Positions 26,669 to 36,045 of a DNA stretch of 64,000 nucleotides are shown here, in pieces. The notes below the pieces were generated by a model, which worked only from the letters and a program-made list of their open reading frames with translations, was not told the DNA's origin and ran no database searches. The translations under genes were made by a program, and so were the position numbers. Position 1 is the stretch's first letter, and the number at the start of each line of letters is the position of its first letter. Location of the stretch: IMG/VR virus record IMGVR_UViG_2911215477_000001, positions 38,486-102,485 of that record. One strand, given 5' to 3'. Origin of the DNA: a virus. Its lineage: Duplodnaviria; Heunggongvirae; Uroviricota; Caudoviricetes.

Positions 26669-27028
26669 TCAGTCCTCGTCGTGATTGAATGTGATCGCCA
26701 TGCGGCGCTTTTGTGTGCCACTCATCCAGCCCTCGATAGGCATGGTCTTGAGCCAGTCCTCCATCGTCGGGATGAAGCCGAGGTCTTGGATGATGTGTTC
26801 CTCTGCGATGTCGCGGGTGGACACCTTCTTGCCATCGGAATTCGTGATCAACGTGCCAAAGACACGTTCGACCAGGTAGCAGCCCCAGGCGCTGTGCAAC
26901 ATGGCACGATGCCGGACATCGGGGACTGCGATCTTGGAGCTGTCGATGAACTCATGGATGGGCATGTAGTCCTCGATCTGCCCGCCATACTTCTTCTGGG
27001 TGACGCGAGCGTGGAGATGCGGCTTCAC
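26669..27028 (-). CDS. hypothetical protein
   Basis: 119-aa ORF. Confidence 0.4.
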   Translation of the reverse strand: MKPHLHARVTQKKYGGQIEDYMPIHEFIDSSKIAVPDVRHRAMLHSAWGCYLVERVFGTLITNSDGKKVSTRDIAEEHIIQDLGFIPTMEDWLKTMPIEGWMSGTQKRRMAITFNHDED

Positions 27029-27240
27029 AGCGCCTCCTTCGGATCCAACTCGATTTCGTACAGGGTCTTGAGACTGCCTTCCGTCCTGCGACCCGAGAAG
27101 GACACCTTCATCCGCTTTGCGGGAGCGCCGGGAGGAAGATCAACGATCAGCGGGCGTGTCTTGCGAGGGCAAAGTCCCGCATCCATTCCAAGACCCTTGA
27201 ATACCTTCACCAGCTGCTTGCGGGTGACGAGGGTCTTCAT
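27025..27240 (-). CDS. hypothetical small protein
   Basis: ATGA coupled. Confidence 0.35.
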   Translation of the reverse strand: MKTLVTRKQLVKVFKGLGMDAGLCPRKTRPLIVDLPPGAPAKRMKVSFSGRRTEGSLKTLYEIELDPKEAL

Positions 27241-27497
27241 GCGCTCACCTGCTTGTTCAGCAGATCCTGCAGGACGCGGCTGCGACGCTTGCTGTAACGG
27301 ACAGCGATGCGCTGGGCGAACTCGTCAGCGTCCACGGTCTCGTTGTGCTTGATGAGGTGGCCGTAGTCGCCCAGGAGGAACTGGAGCGTGATCTTGTCCT
27401 GCTCCGGCATCTTGGGCAGACCGACCGTGTGGACGCCCTTGTGGACGCGAGTGATCTGGACCGTGGCCATTACTGCTGCCCCTGCGGGGTGAGCCAC
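27237..27497 (-). CDS. hypothetical small protein
   Basis: ATGA coupled. Confidence 0.4.
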   Translation of the reverse strand: MAHPAGAAVMATVQITRVHKGVHTVGLPKMPEQDKITLQFLLGDYGHLIKHNETVDADEFAQRIAVRYSKRRSRVLQDLLNKQVSA

Positions 27498-27703
27498 TGG
27501 TCAGCGATGCAGCTGATACCCTCGTTGTGGGCGTAGCAAGTCACGCCACGCTTCGTGTCGTGCCACACAGTCGGGGCACCCACGTTCCACTCGACCATGT
27601 TGACGTTGTAGGGAACGTCAGCGACTGCGCTCTGGGAGCAAGCAGTCAGAAACAGGCAATAACCCACCACGAGCGTCAGCGCTCGGCTCAGATAACGGTT
27701 CAT
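27470..27703 (-). CDS. small lipoprotein (LTAC lipobox)
   Basis: MNRYLSRALTLVVGYCLFLTAC; family-A motif at 27752 upstream. Confidence 0.45.
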   Translation of the reverse strand: MNRYLSRALTLVVGYCLFLTACSQSAVADVPYNVNMVEWNVGAPTVWHDTKRGVTCYAHNEGISCIADQWLTPQGQQ

Positions 27704-27807
27704 TCTCTTCTCTCTGGGTTGAAGCGCTAGCGCGCTTTCTCTATGTGCGCACAGTATGCGCATACATACTCGTAATTGCAACAGCTGGCACTAGGCACAA
27801 ACACTAT

Positions 27808-28134
27808 CTACCTACCCTCCAGAATCCGACGCGATTCGCTGATATTGGCCAACACACTCAGCTGGCCGAGGTAACGCTTGACGATCCGCTTGGCACGCTT
27901 GAGGTCGTTACCCTCCAGTGCCTCACCCTGCTCGATTCGCTCGGCATAGTGGGTGATGGGAAGCCTGTGGAAGTGTTCGATCACATCCGTTCGTGCTGCG
28001 TCCGGAATCATTTCCTTCCGGGCGTCACGACACAGTGCGAGCACTGCCCTTTCCACTGCCCTAGCGTTCGTCTCAAGAAGCTCCAGAACCTTAGCTCGGT
28101 CCCACATTTCTCGATCCTCTCTCACCCGCAGCAC
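27808..28134 (-). CDS. hypothetical protein
   Basis: 108-aa ORF. Confidence 0.4.
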   Translation of the reverse strand: MLRVREDREMWDRAKVLELLETNARAVERAVLALCRDARKEMIPDAARTDVIEHFHRLPITHYAERIEQGEALEGNDLKRAKRIVKRYLGQLSVLANISESRRILEGR

Positions 28135-28210
28135 TCTTGCTGCGTGCGATCAGTTTCGATGTGGTAGCTACTTCCGAGAACAGCTGGATCGAACGTGCCT
28201 GGTCACTGCC

Positions 28211-28636
28211 TCAGCCCTGCCCCACGTCGTACTTCTCAAGGAAGAGGTTGCAGTTGAAGGCCATCTTGATGAAATAGGCGTCGGTCTTCAGGCGGTTGAG
28301 GTGGCCTTCCCAGCGGGCGTCAGTCATCCAGCCAGGTCGTGCGGCTTCAAGGCCGGCGTGGAACTGCAGGTGCCAGCGCATGTGCTGGGCCAGGTCGAGG
28401 GGCTCACCACCATGATATTCGTGGTGATGCACGTCGAAGCGCCCCTTGTATTCCTCGCCATCGGCAAAGACCACGGTGAAATCGGTCTTGTCGTAGCTGC
28501 CGTCCTTGGGTGCGAAGCCGGCGATCTGACGCAGGCGGGCTTTCGCGTCCTCCCAAGACGTCACCGTCCACGACTTGCCCGCGTAGAAACCCTCGGCGGG
28601 TGCAATGACGATGGTCGCCATCTGAATCTTGCTCAC
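28211..28636 (-). CDS. hypothetical protein (GTG start, RBS GGAGG)
   Basis: Start re-called from the SD. Confidence 0.4.
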   Translation of the reverse strand: MSKIQMATIVIAPAEGFYAGKSWTVTSWEDAKARLRQIAGFAPKDGSYDKTDFTVVFADGEEYKGRFDVHHHEYHGGEPLDLAQHMRWHLQFHAGLEAARPGWMTDARWEGHLNRLKTDAYFIKMAFNCNLFLEKYDVGQG

Positions 28637-28974
28637 GTTACCTCCTTCCAGTCTGCTTTCCATTTGTCGTCCCAGGTCTTGTAGGGATGACGCTCATAGG
28701 TCTTACCTTCGAACTCGACCCGCTTGCCCTTCCCGAAAATCTTCGGGTGTGCCTGGTCGATCTTCTGGTTCAGAAGCTCCTGCTCCGTGTAGGGCAGCTT
28801 GCCCTCGCGCTTCAGACCCTCTTCGATGCTGTCCACGCGGCGCATAGCAGCACGGAGATCCGCCCTACCCTTGTTCGGGTTGTTGCCGTCATAGCGGTCG
28901 CAGAAGTCACTACAGGACTTCAGCTCAGCCTTGGCCTTCTCCAGCTCTTCCAGCGTGTAGTAGTTCGTCGTCAT
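28633..28974 (-). CDS. hypothetical protein (start MTTNYYT)
   Basis: RBS GGGAG. Confidence 0.4.
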   Translation of the reverse strand: MTTNYYTLEELEKAKAELKSCSDFCDRYDGNNPNKGRADLRAAMRRVDSIEEGLKREGKLPYTEQELLNQKIDQAHPKIFGKGKRVEFEGKTYERHPYKTWDDKWKADWKEVT

Positions 28975-29007
28975 GGGTTGCTCCCGTTGCTTCATGTCTA
29001 TTTTCTC

Positions 29008-29040
29008 AAGACACAGAAAAGCCAGCTAGCGCTGGCTCAA
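29008..29040 (-). terminator. rho-independent terminator
   Basis: GCCAGC-tagc-GCTGGC hairpin followed by TTTTCTGTGT on the minus strand. Confidence 0.6.
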
Positions 29041-29168
29041 GGGTCTCTGTTGGCTCTCTGTAGAGGGCGGTTCCTATCCACCGCCAAGTCACAGCTGTCA
29101 CCACCGCTGGCAACTTTCGAGAGTAGGGCGTGCCATTCACCCCTTCCCATCCTTGGGCAGAGAATTCG

Positions 29169-29501
29169 TTACTTGTTCTTGGTGGTCTTGGCTTCCTTCG
29201 CCTCGGGCTTCATGCACCAGTCGAAGTAGATGTCCGCAGTTTGGGTCGCAGACGCATCCGGGTTCTTGTAGACGACATCGACCAGGTTGGCCAGATGGTC
29301 ATAGGCGACCTGATCCTTCTCGGTGCCAGAGTTCTGCTTGTTGAGGCGATCAAGCATTTCAAACTTAGGCACGCCCTCGTCACGTTCCTTGGCGACGAAC
29401 TGCATGAAGCGGGCGATGCTCGTGCAGTAGTCGCGATCCGGCTTGGCGGCTACGTTGGTGACGGCGAGAGTGGCAATGAGGGCGATGATGAGGCGACGCA
29501 T
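29169..29501 (-). CDS. secreted protein (signal peptide)
   Basis: MRRLIIALIATLAVTNVAA signal peptide. Confidence 0.45.
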   Translation of the reverse strand: MRRLIIALIATLAVTNVAAKPDRDYCTSIARFMQFVAKERDEGVPKFEMLDRLNKQNSGTEKDQVAYDHLANLVDVVYKNPDASATQTADIYFDWCMKPEAKEAKTTKNK

Positions 29502-29514
29502 GTGTGTTCCTGAA

Positions 29515-29548
29515 ATTGGCTGAAGAGACCAGGGGCTTTCGCCCCTGG
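29515..29548 (-). terminator. rho-independent terminator
   Basis: CCAGGGGC-tttc-GCCCCTGG hairpin followed by TCTCTTC. Confidence 0.6.
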
Positions 29549-29566
29549 CGTCCGTTGGTGTGAGGG

Positions 29567-30289
29567 TTAGGCAGCAGCTGCGGTTGCGGCGGGGGTGCAG
29601 GCTTCGATGCACTGGACGATCATGCTGTCCGCGCGGATCTTGATCGCCTTGCCCACACGCTCCGCGACCTTCAGGACGGGGAACAGCTGCATGAGCTGAT
29701 TCGCCTGGCTGCGGGCGGTGCCGATGGTGTAGCCGTTCGCCTGGAGGTGCTCGGTCAGCTCCTTCGACGAGGCTTCGCCCTTCTGCATCAGGAACTCCAG
29801 GCCCAGGCGGGTGTAGACCTGCACCTTGTCCTTGTTGTTGCGGAAGCGCACCAGGTTCACGCCCTTGTCCGCGACCTTCTTCGCGAGCCCGTCCATGTCC
29901 TTCAGGGCCGTCTGGACCGCTTCGTCGCTGTCCTCGCCCACGGTCAGGGTCATCGCCGCCTTGAGCAGCTCCGGATCCTTGTTGAAGGCGTTGGTGAGGA
30001 TCTCGGAGGGCTTGTCGCCCGTGAGGCGCGGGGTGCGCTCAGCCTTCGCCTTCTTGACGGCCTCGATGGTCGTCACCTTGTCAGCGGGCTGTTCCTCGTA
30101 GTGCTTGCGCTGCTCTTCGGCAAGCTCGGCGTGCTCTTCGATGCGCTCCAGCTCCTCGATGGTGAGGTCAGCTTCCGGCGTCTTGGCTTCGACGACTTCG
30201 GTCGTCGTGGTCTTGTCGTCGTTGGTGCCCGTCACTTCTTCCAGGAGGGCTTCCAGCTCGGCGTCGAGCAGGCTCGGGTTGTTGCTCAT
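29567..30289 (-). CDS. hypothetical protein with acidic N-terminal region
   Basis: Start MSNNPSLLD; family-A motif at 30344 upstream. Confidence 0.45.
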   Translation of the reverse strand: MSNNPSLLDAELEALLEEVTGTNDDKTTTTEVVEAKTPEADLTIEELERIEEHAELAEEQRKHYEEQPADKVTTIEAVKKAKAERTPRLTGDKPSEILTNAFNKDPELLKAAMTLTVGEDSDEAVQTALKDMDGLAKKVADKGVNLVRFRNNKDKVQVYTRLGLEFLMQKGEASSKELTEHLQANGYTIGTARSQANQLMQLFPVLKVAERVGKAIKIRADSMIVQCIEACTPAATAAAA

Positions 30290-30466
30290 GGTTGAATCCT
30301 CTCTTCTCTCGTTTTGGGTGCGTCGCTCTCTGCGACAAGTGAATGATGTATGCAGATACATAGGGGCATCAACACTAAAACGCAGGCACGTTGTAGGGAC
30401 TGTGCCGACGCTCTGTAACGCTCTCTAAGCGCGTCGCGTCTCTTATGCGTGCGACGTGTCGCAATT

Positions 30467-30498
30467 GCAGCGCGTTACGCTAGCAGCGCGTTACGTGA
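30467..30498. repeat. tandem direct repeat GCAGCGCGTTACG x2
   Basis: Two copies 17 nt apart. Confidence 0.5.
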
Positions 30499-30500
30499 AG

Positions 30501-30545
30501 CGAGAAACAGAAAAGCCGACTGCAACGTCAAACGCTACAGTCGGC
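30501..30545 (-). terminator. rho-independent terminator
   Basis: GCCGACTG..CAGTCGGC hairpin followed by TTTTCTGTTTCTC. Confidence 0.6.
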
Positions 30546-30562
30546 TCATGGGAGAGAACTTC

Positions 30563-31108
30563 TCAGGCTGCGATGGGCAGCTTGTAGTAGCCGAGGTCGA
30601 TGCCCTTCCAGAGGCACTGCATCATGCAGTCCACGTCGTACATCGCCGCGTGAGCCTTGGACGGGTCATACGGGACGTTCAACGCCCAGCACAGCTCGCC
30701 CAGGTTAGGACTCTTGCCGGTCGGGGTTGCCCAGCGTCCGTTCTCCATCGTGCAGAAGGAGTCGATGTTCGGAACCTCCAGCCCGATGCGTGCCAGCTCC
30801 AGGCCAATGAACGGGCCGTCGAACATGACATTGTGTGCCACGAAGACCTTAGCCAGGCCCAGAGCCTTGGCAACGATGGGCGCAACCTTCTCCCAGGTGG
30901 GACACTCACGCAGATCTTCCAACACGATCCCGTGGACGGCAGTTGCTGCCGGTGGAATCGTGCGCAGCGGGTTGATGCGCTGCTCAATCTCCTTCACCTT
31001 TCGGCGGGTGTCGAAGTCCCAGATCTGGAAGGCGACTTCAATGATTCGGTCGCCCTTCTCGCTGTCGAAGCCAGTGGTTTCGACGTCACCTCCAACAATC
31101 AAACGCAT
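30563..31108 (-). CDS. DnaQ-like DEDDh 3'-5' exonuclease
   Basis: Exo I DVETTG, Exo II HNVMFDGPF, Exo III HAAMYD. Confidence 0.7.
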   Translation of the reverse strand: MRLIVGGDVETTGFDSEKGDRIIEVAFQIWDFDTRRKVKEIEQRINPLRTIPPAATAVHGIVLEDLRECPTWEKVAPIVAKALGLAKVFVAHNVMFDGPFIGLELARIGLEVPNIDSFCTMENGRWATPTGKSPNLGELCWALNVPYDPSKAHAAMYDVDCMMQCLWKGIDLGYYKLPIAA

Positions 31109-31560
31109 TAGTTCAGTTCCTTGTAGCCCAGGCGGGCAAACGATTCGATATAGCCATCGAAGCGACCGCGAGCCACTTCGTAGGGGTTGAGTTCTTCGGA
31201 GAAGTCCAAGACCTTCGTGCTACTCCAGGTCATGCGCGTCGTCTCCGACCAGTTCAGCTTGTGCAGCTTCACCACTGGCTCACCGAACGTGTACTCCAGG
31301 CAGTACAGGCACCCATCGCTGATGAACAGCCGGCGAGCAGTTGCCTCGCCGGTCTTGTCCGCGAACTCCTTGCTTGCCTCGGAGATCATGTCGAACAGAT
31401 CGTCGGTGATGAGGCCAGAAACAGCCTGGAAGAGCGTCTGAAGGCTGCTGCGAGCCTGCTCCACCGAGATAATGCCGGTCTGGTAATCGACGACGATCCG
31501 CTCAAGCGTGTCGAGCGCCTTACGGTTCAACTCGTCAACAAGCGTGTGGGATTCGCTCAC
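31108..31560 (-). CDS. hypothetical protein
   Basis: ATGA coupled. Confidence 0.45.
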   Translation of the reverse strand: MSESHTLVDELNRKALDTLERIVVDYQTGIISVEQARSSLQTLFQAVSGLITDDLFDMISEASKEFADKTGEATARRLFISDGCLYCLEYTFGEPVVKLHKLNWSETTRMTWSSTKVLDFSEELNPYEVARGRFDGYIESFARLGYKELN

Positions 31561-31570
31561 GTCCAGCTCC

Positions 31571-31807
31571 TTACAGGTAAGCGCCAGTCAGATCACCGGC
31601 ATCGGTAAGCACGCCCAGGCCGACACCGCACTTGAACACGCCTGACAGGAACTCCTCGTACTGGTCACGAGTGATCAGTTCCGCGAACTTGCTGTCAGCC
31701 TTGGCCATGTCGTCGTAGGTGACGTGCATGGAGATGGTGCTCAAGATGGTGGCCTCGACGGCACCGTCAGCAGTGATGGCGACGTTGGTGACTTTTCCTT
31801 TGATCAT
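31571..31807 (-). CDS. hypothetical small protein (start MIKGKV, RBS AGGAAGG)
   Basis: Start re-called. Confidence 0.4.
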   Translation of the reverse strand: MIKGKVTNVAITADGAVEATILSTISMHVTYDDMAKADSKFAELITRDQYEEFLSGVFKCGVGLGVLTDAGDLTGAYL

Positions 31808-31820
31808 GTCTCTAACCTTC

Positions 31821-32432
31821 CTAGTGCAACGTGTTCGAAGCCTTGGCTTCGATAGTGTCGAGGGCGTCTTCGATGACGCGAATGCAGATCGCAATGCGGC
31901 GGTCGTGGTCGATGACATGCTTGGCGATGCCATGCACGCGGATCGAATGCGGCAATGCACGCACGAGACCCTCGGCCACGTAGTCGAAATGACGGATGTA
32001 ATGCAGGCAGGACGGGGCCTTGCCTTCGGTCTCGGCAATCTCGATGCCGGGACGGACGTGGATCAGCTGCGCGAAGTAGAGCTGGGTCAGTTCGACAGCG
32101 CGCTGGAAATGGCGCTCGACGACGGATCGCTCCTCAATCGTGCCCAGGGTGGCACGCTGAATGTCGGTCAGCGTGTACGCAGCAACGTCCATCGGGGTGC
32201 GGTCGGCAATGAAGATGCCGGTCGCAGCTGCGTACTGACCCGCCAAGAATTCAAGAACGCTGTCTTGGATCTTGAGACGCGCCTGGAAGTCGAGGTTTTC
32301 CTTGGGGTCTACGCCCTGCTCTTTCAGGAAGCCGCTGACGTTGGTCTCCAGGAACTCAAGATCGAACTCCTTGGCCAGGTCTTTGGCGAGGGTGGTCTTG
32401 CCCACCCGATGTGCTCCAATGAAACCGATCAT
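31821..32432 (-). CDS. P-loop nucleotide kinase-like protein (putative dNMP kinase)
   Basis: Walker A GAHRVGKTTLA at the N-terminus; sits inside the nucleotide-metabolism module. Confidence 0.5.
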   Translation of the reverse strand: MIGFIGAHRVGKTTLAKDLAKEFDLEFLETNVSGFLKEQGVDPKENLDFQARLKIQDSVLEFLAGQYAAATGIFIADRTPMDVAAYTLTDIQRATLGTIEERSVVERHFQRAVELTQLYFAQLIHVRPGIEIAETEGKAPSCLHYIRHFDYVAEGLVRALPHSIRVHGIAKHVIDHDRRIAICIRVIEDALDTIEAKASNTLH

Positions 32433-32638
32433 GCGATTTCTACCTTTACTCGCTCGACGCTGAGGGTGCGGGGGTCGCGACCCTTAGCGATCATTTCGTC
32501 TCGTAGGTTGTTCACCCGGCTCTTCGTGCTCCACATGTCTTTCCCAGCGGCGGAATGCCACCGCTGGTGAAAGTCGTCCCAGAGCCGGAACTTGATGTCG
32601 ATGGCCCACTTGGAGCGCTTGACGGCGCTCTGGGTCAT
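32429..32638 (-). CDS. hypothetical small protein
   Basis: ATGA coupled. Confidence 0.35.
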   Translation of the reverse strand: MTQSAVKRSKWAIDIKFRLWDDFHQRWHSAAGKDMWSTKSRVNNLRDEMIAKGRDPRTLSVERVKVEIA

Positions 32639-33540
32639 ACCGCGACTTCGCCCTTGATCGCCGGGTGCGGGTCGTAACCCTCGAACTTGAAGTCCTCGAA
32701 GCGCATCTGTGCAGGATCCGTCACGACGTCACGGGTGATGCGGTTGATCGAGAGCTGCGGGTATGCCTTCGGGGCGCGGGTCAGCTGCTCCTTCACCTGC
32801 TCGATGTGGTTCGAATAGATGTGGGCGTCGCCAATGATATGTATGAACTTACCGACCTTGAGGCCCGTGATAAAGGCGATGATGTGGGTCAGCAGCGCAT
32901 ACGAGGCGATGTTGAACGGGATGCCCAGGAACATGTCACCGCTGCGCTGATACAGCTGGCAGCTCAGCTCGCCATTGCGAACGTAGAACTGGAACATGAC
33001 GTGGCACGGTGCCAGGGCCATCGCCGGAATGTCAGCAGGGTTCCAGGCGCTCACGACCAGGCGACGGCTGTTCGGGAACTCGCGGATCTCCTTGATCACA
33101 TTGGCGATCTGGTCGATGGGCGATGCCTCGACCGTGAAGAGCTTGCTGTTCTCGCGTGCCTCGTCCTCGTGGGCGTGGATCTCGGGCTTGCCAGCCCAAC
33201 GACGCCACTGCTTGCCATAGACCGGACCAAGCTCACCCGATTCGCTGGCCCACTCGTCCCAGATGGTGACGTCGTTCGCCTGGAGGTAGCCGACGTTCGT
33301 GTAGCCGTTGAGCATCCAGATCAGCTCATGGATGATCGACTTGAGGTGGAGCTTCTTGGTCGTGACCAGCGGGAAAGCCTTCGCCAGGTCGAACGACATG
33401 CGCAAGCCGAACTGACTGATGGTGCCGATGTTCGTGCGGTCTTCGGACTCGATGCCATTGGCAAGAACGAATGCCAGTGCGCGCTCGTACTCACCGGATT
33501 CGCTATCGAAGATGGCGGGATTGATGTGCAGATCCTTCAT
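32635..33540 (-). CDS. thyA: thymidylate synthase
   Basis: ELIWML, catalytic Cys context [12 protein letters not shown], typical length. Confidence 0.85.
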   Translation of the reverse strand: MKDLHINPAIFDSESGEYERALAFVLANGIESEDRTNIGTISQFGLRMSFDLAKAFPLVTTKKLHLKSIIHELIWMLNGYTNVGYLQANDVTIWDEWASESGELGPVYGKQWRRWAGKPEIHAHEDEARENSKLFTVEASPIDQIANVIKEIREFPNSRRLVVSAWNPADIPAMALAPCHVMFQFYVRNGELSCQLYQRSGDMFLGIPFNIASYALLTHIIAFITGLKVGKFIHIIGDAHIYSNHIEQVKEQLTRAPKAYPQLSINRITRDVVTDPAQMRFEDFKFEGYDPHPAIKGEVAV

Positions 33541-33549
33541 AACCCACCC

Positions 33550-34041
33550 TTAGTTCGCGCCAGTGGAACCGAAACCGCCGTTACCGCGATCCGTCGCCTC
33601 GTCGAAGTTCTCGACCTCGATCAGCTGCGGGCACACGACCGGCGTCAGCATGAACTGGGCGATACGGTCGCCACGGGCGATGTAGATGTCATTGTTGGAG
33701 CGGTTCAGCAGGGACACCTTGAGCGGCCCCTGGTAGTCGCTGTCGATCACGCCGACGCCGTTCGCCATCACCAGGCCACGGGTGCCGAGACCACTGCGGG
33801 GAACGATCAGACCCACGAAACCGGGGTTCTTGATCCAGATGTTGATGCCCGTGTCCATCATGTGCTGCTCGCCAGCGAGAAGCTCGATGTCCTCGGTCGC
33901 ACGCAGGTCGATGGCAGCGGCGCCATCGGAGCCACGAGCCGGCAGACCGAAGTCAGCGTAGAGCGCCTTGTCACGAACGATGGTCGAAATCGGGTGGGTG
34001 TAAACGCGGTCGAGGGCCGCGCCAAATGCGTGGTGATTCAC
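33550..34041 (-). CDS. dut: dUTP diphosphatase
   Basis: GLIVPRSGLG, GVIDSDYQG, GGFGSTG motifs; GTG start. Confidence 0.8.
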   Translation of the reverse strand: MNHHAFGAALDRVYTHPISTIVRDKALYADFGLPARGSDGAAAIDLRATEDIELLAGEQHMMDTGINIWIKNPGFVGLIVPRSGLGTRGLVMANGVGVIDSDYQGPLKVSLLNRSNNDIYIARGDRIAQFMLTPVVCPQLIEVENFDEATDRGNGGFGSTGAN

Positions 34042-34155
34042 TTCTCTTCTCTCCTGATATTGCAGGGGAGGTGGTCCCTCCCCTGCTGTCTTAGCGCTTA
34101 TGCTGCGCTTGTCTCGTCATTATACGTATGTTGATACATATTTTGACAGGGACGT

Positions 34156-35400
34156 TCAAAGTTCCCGGAGGTAAGCCCCGAGTTTGTCCGCCCCGCCTAC
34201 CAGCTTCCCGTTGTGAAGGATCTGGGGAACGCTGCGTGCGCCCGTCTGCTCGTAGAACTTGGCCCGTTCAGCGTCATCGTCCAGGCTGATTTCAGTCCAG
34301 GTGATGCCCTTCTGCTTGAGCATGTTCTTGGCCATCGTGCAATAGGGGCAGATGGTCTTCGTGTAGACGATCCACTCCGGCTTTGCCGAGACGACCGGCT
34401 CGTCCAGCTCCGCGAACACGTCGCCCCAGGTGCCCTGGGTGGCAGCCTTGGCATACTCGGTGCCACGCTGTTCGAAGAAGTTGACGTGCTCCACCGCGTT
34501 CAGCATTTCGTCCAGCCACGGCAGCGGGTTCTCCTTCACCTTGAAGATGCCCTTGTAGCCCAGCTGGATCAGGCGACGGTCTGCGATGTAGCGGATGTAC
34601 TGCTTGATTTCCTCGGCAGTCATGCCCTTCACGCCACCCATTTCGAACGCCAGGTCGATGAAGGCGTCCTCGTGGGCAACCACGTCACGGCATGCCTGCT
34701 CGATCTGAGCCCGCAGCTGTGCGTCGTTGACCTCGGGGTTCTCGCGCAGGACATCGTGGAACAGCCGGATGATGTTCTCGCAGTGGTGCGACTCGTCACG
34801 AACCGACCAGGTGATGATCTGGCCCATGCCCTTCATCTTGTTGAAGCGCGGGAAGTTCAGCAGCATGGCGAACGAGGCGAACAGCTGGAGACCCTCGGTG
34901 AAGGCACCGAAGACAGCCATCGACAGAGCCAGCTCACGCACGTCCTTCGGCTCGTAGAAGCCCTGGAGATACTCCCACTTCTCCTTCATTTCGCGATACT
35001 TGAGGAACGCCTCGTACTCCACTTCCGGCAGACCCAGCGTGTCGATCAGATGGGAGTAAGCCGCGATGTGAATCGTCTCCATGTTGTTGAAGGCGTTCAG
35101 CATCATCTGGATCTCGGTGGGCTTGAACCACTTCAGATACAGGCTGTGGTAGCTCTTGCTGATCTCCACGTCCGACTGCACGAAGAAACGGAAGATGTGG
35201 TTGAGCAGGTTCTGTTCGGACGGGCTCAGGTTGCGACGCCAGTCCTGCACGTCGTCAGCCATCGGCACCTCTTCGGGTAGCCAGTGCATCTTCTGCTGGG
35301 TGTGCCAAGCCTCGTAGGCCCACGGGAAGGAGAACGGCTTGTAGGCCGTCCTCTCAGTGAACAGGGTCTTCCCTGCAGGGATGGTGGGGTTGTAGGTCAC
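34156..35400 (-). CDS. nrdB: class I ribonucleotide reductase beta subunit fused to C-terminal glutaredoxin
   Basis: Di-iron ligand contexts (EE..H), C-terminal CPYC glutaredoxin (VYTKTICPYCTMAK); GTG start overlapping the upstream TGA. Confidence 0.8.
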   Translation of the reverse strand: MTYNPTIPAGKTLFTERTAYKPFSFPWAYEAWHTQQKMHWLPEEVPMADDVQDWRRNLSPSEQNLLNHIFRFFVQSDVEISKSYHSLYLKWFKPTEIQMMLNAFNNMETIHIAAYSHLIDTLGLPEVEYEAFLKYREMKEKWEYLQGFYEPKDVRELALSMAVFGAFTEGLQLFASFAMLLNFPRFNKMKGMGQIITWSVRDESHHCENIIRLFHDVLRENPEVNDAQLRAQIEQACRDVVAHEDAFIDLAFEMGGVKGMTAEEIKQYIRYIADRRLIQLGYKGIFKVKENPLPWLDEMLNAVEHVNFFEQRGTEYAKAATQGTWGDVFAELDEPVVSAKPEWIVYTKTICPYCTMAKNMLKQKGITWTEISLDDDAERAKFYEQTGARSVPQILHNGKLVGGADKLGAYLREL

Positions 35401-36032
35401 AGCGAGAACCTCAGAGCAGCGCGAGCCACAGCACGGAAGATGATGTCCTTCACCTTCTGCACTTCCGGAAGTTCGTCGTAGCTCACGAGGCACGGGTGCG
35501 TCTTCGCCTCAGAGTCCTTGACGGGGCCATAGACCCAGCCCTCAGCGATCTTCTGAGCGCTCCAACTCGCATGCAGCTCCACCGGGGACAGACCCGACTT
35601 CGCAGCGAGCACGCCATTGCGAGCGCTTTCCTTCTGCCAGGCGGGTGCGATGGACCAGGGCACCTGGCTCTCGTCACCGATGCTGATGCAGTATTCGCGA
35701 TTGGCTTCGTGTGCCATGCGCGCCGCGTTCTCGTACTGGAACGCCTGCTTGTTGCAGAGCTGATAGCCCTCCAGCGCCCAGATCTTCCGGATCGCATCCT
35801 TGCGTGCCAGCGTTCGGCCCAGGTCAGCGTCGAAGTTCGCAGGCGACGCGCATGCGCTCTCGCCCGTGACGGTGAAGCCGTTGCGCAGCTTCAGGGTGCA
35901 GATCGTCAGCGTAGTGCCCTCGGGGACGTAGTAGTCCTCCTTGGAGACCAAACCCTCGATATGCTTCTCAGTGACACGCGGGGCGTCCAAGCCCTTTGCT
36001 GCCAGATAGTCGTGAATTTCCTGCTCGTTCAT
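35397..36032 (-). CDS. Gp49-like (Phage_gp49_66) plus RyR-domain protein
   Basis: TICTLKLRNGFTVTGESACASPANFD..G..A...A..W.LEGY fits the family; C-terminal HASWSAQKIAEGWVYG..KTHPCLVSYDELPE is RyR-domain-like. Confidence 0.5.
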   Translation of the reverse strand: MNEQEIHDYLAAKGLDAPRVTEKHIEGLVSKEDYYVPEGTTLTICTLKLRNGFTVTGESACASPANFDADLGRTLARKDAIRKIWALEGYQLCNKQAFQYENAARMAHEANREYCISIGDESQVPWSIAPAWQKESARNGVLAAKSGLSPVELHASWSAQKIAEGWVYGPVKDSEAKTHPCLVSYDELPEVQKVKDIIFRAVARAALRFSL

Positions 36033-36045
36033 TTCTTCAACTTCC

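Noticed and set aside
32665-34134. Long plus-strand ORFs (489 aa here; also 36220..37800, 50406..51659, 60464..62359, 25568..26254, 28953..28684 and others) inside the minus-strand gene array
   Set aside because: All are antisense to genes with strong homology (thyA, dut, nrdA, recA, cobT). Their compositions are Arg/Gly/Ala/Val-rich, as expected for GC-rich shadow ORFs.
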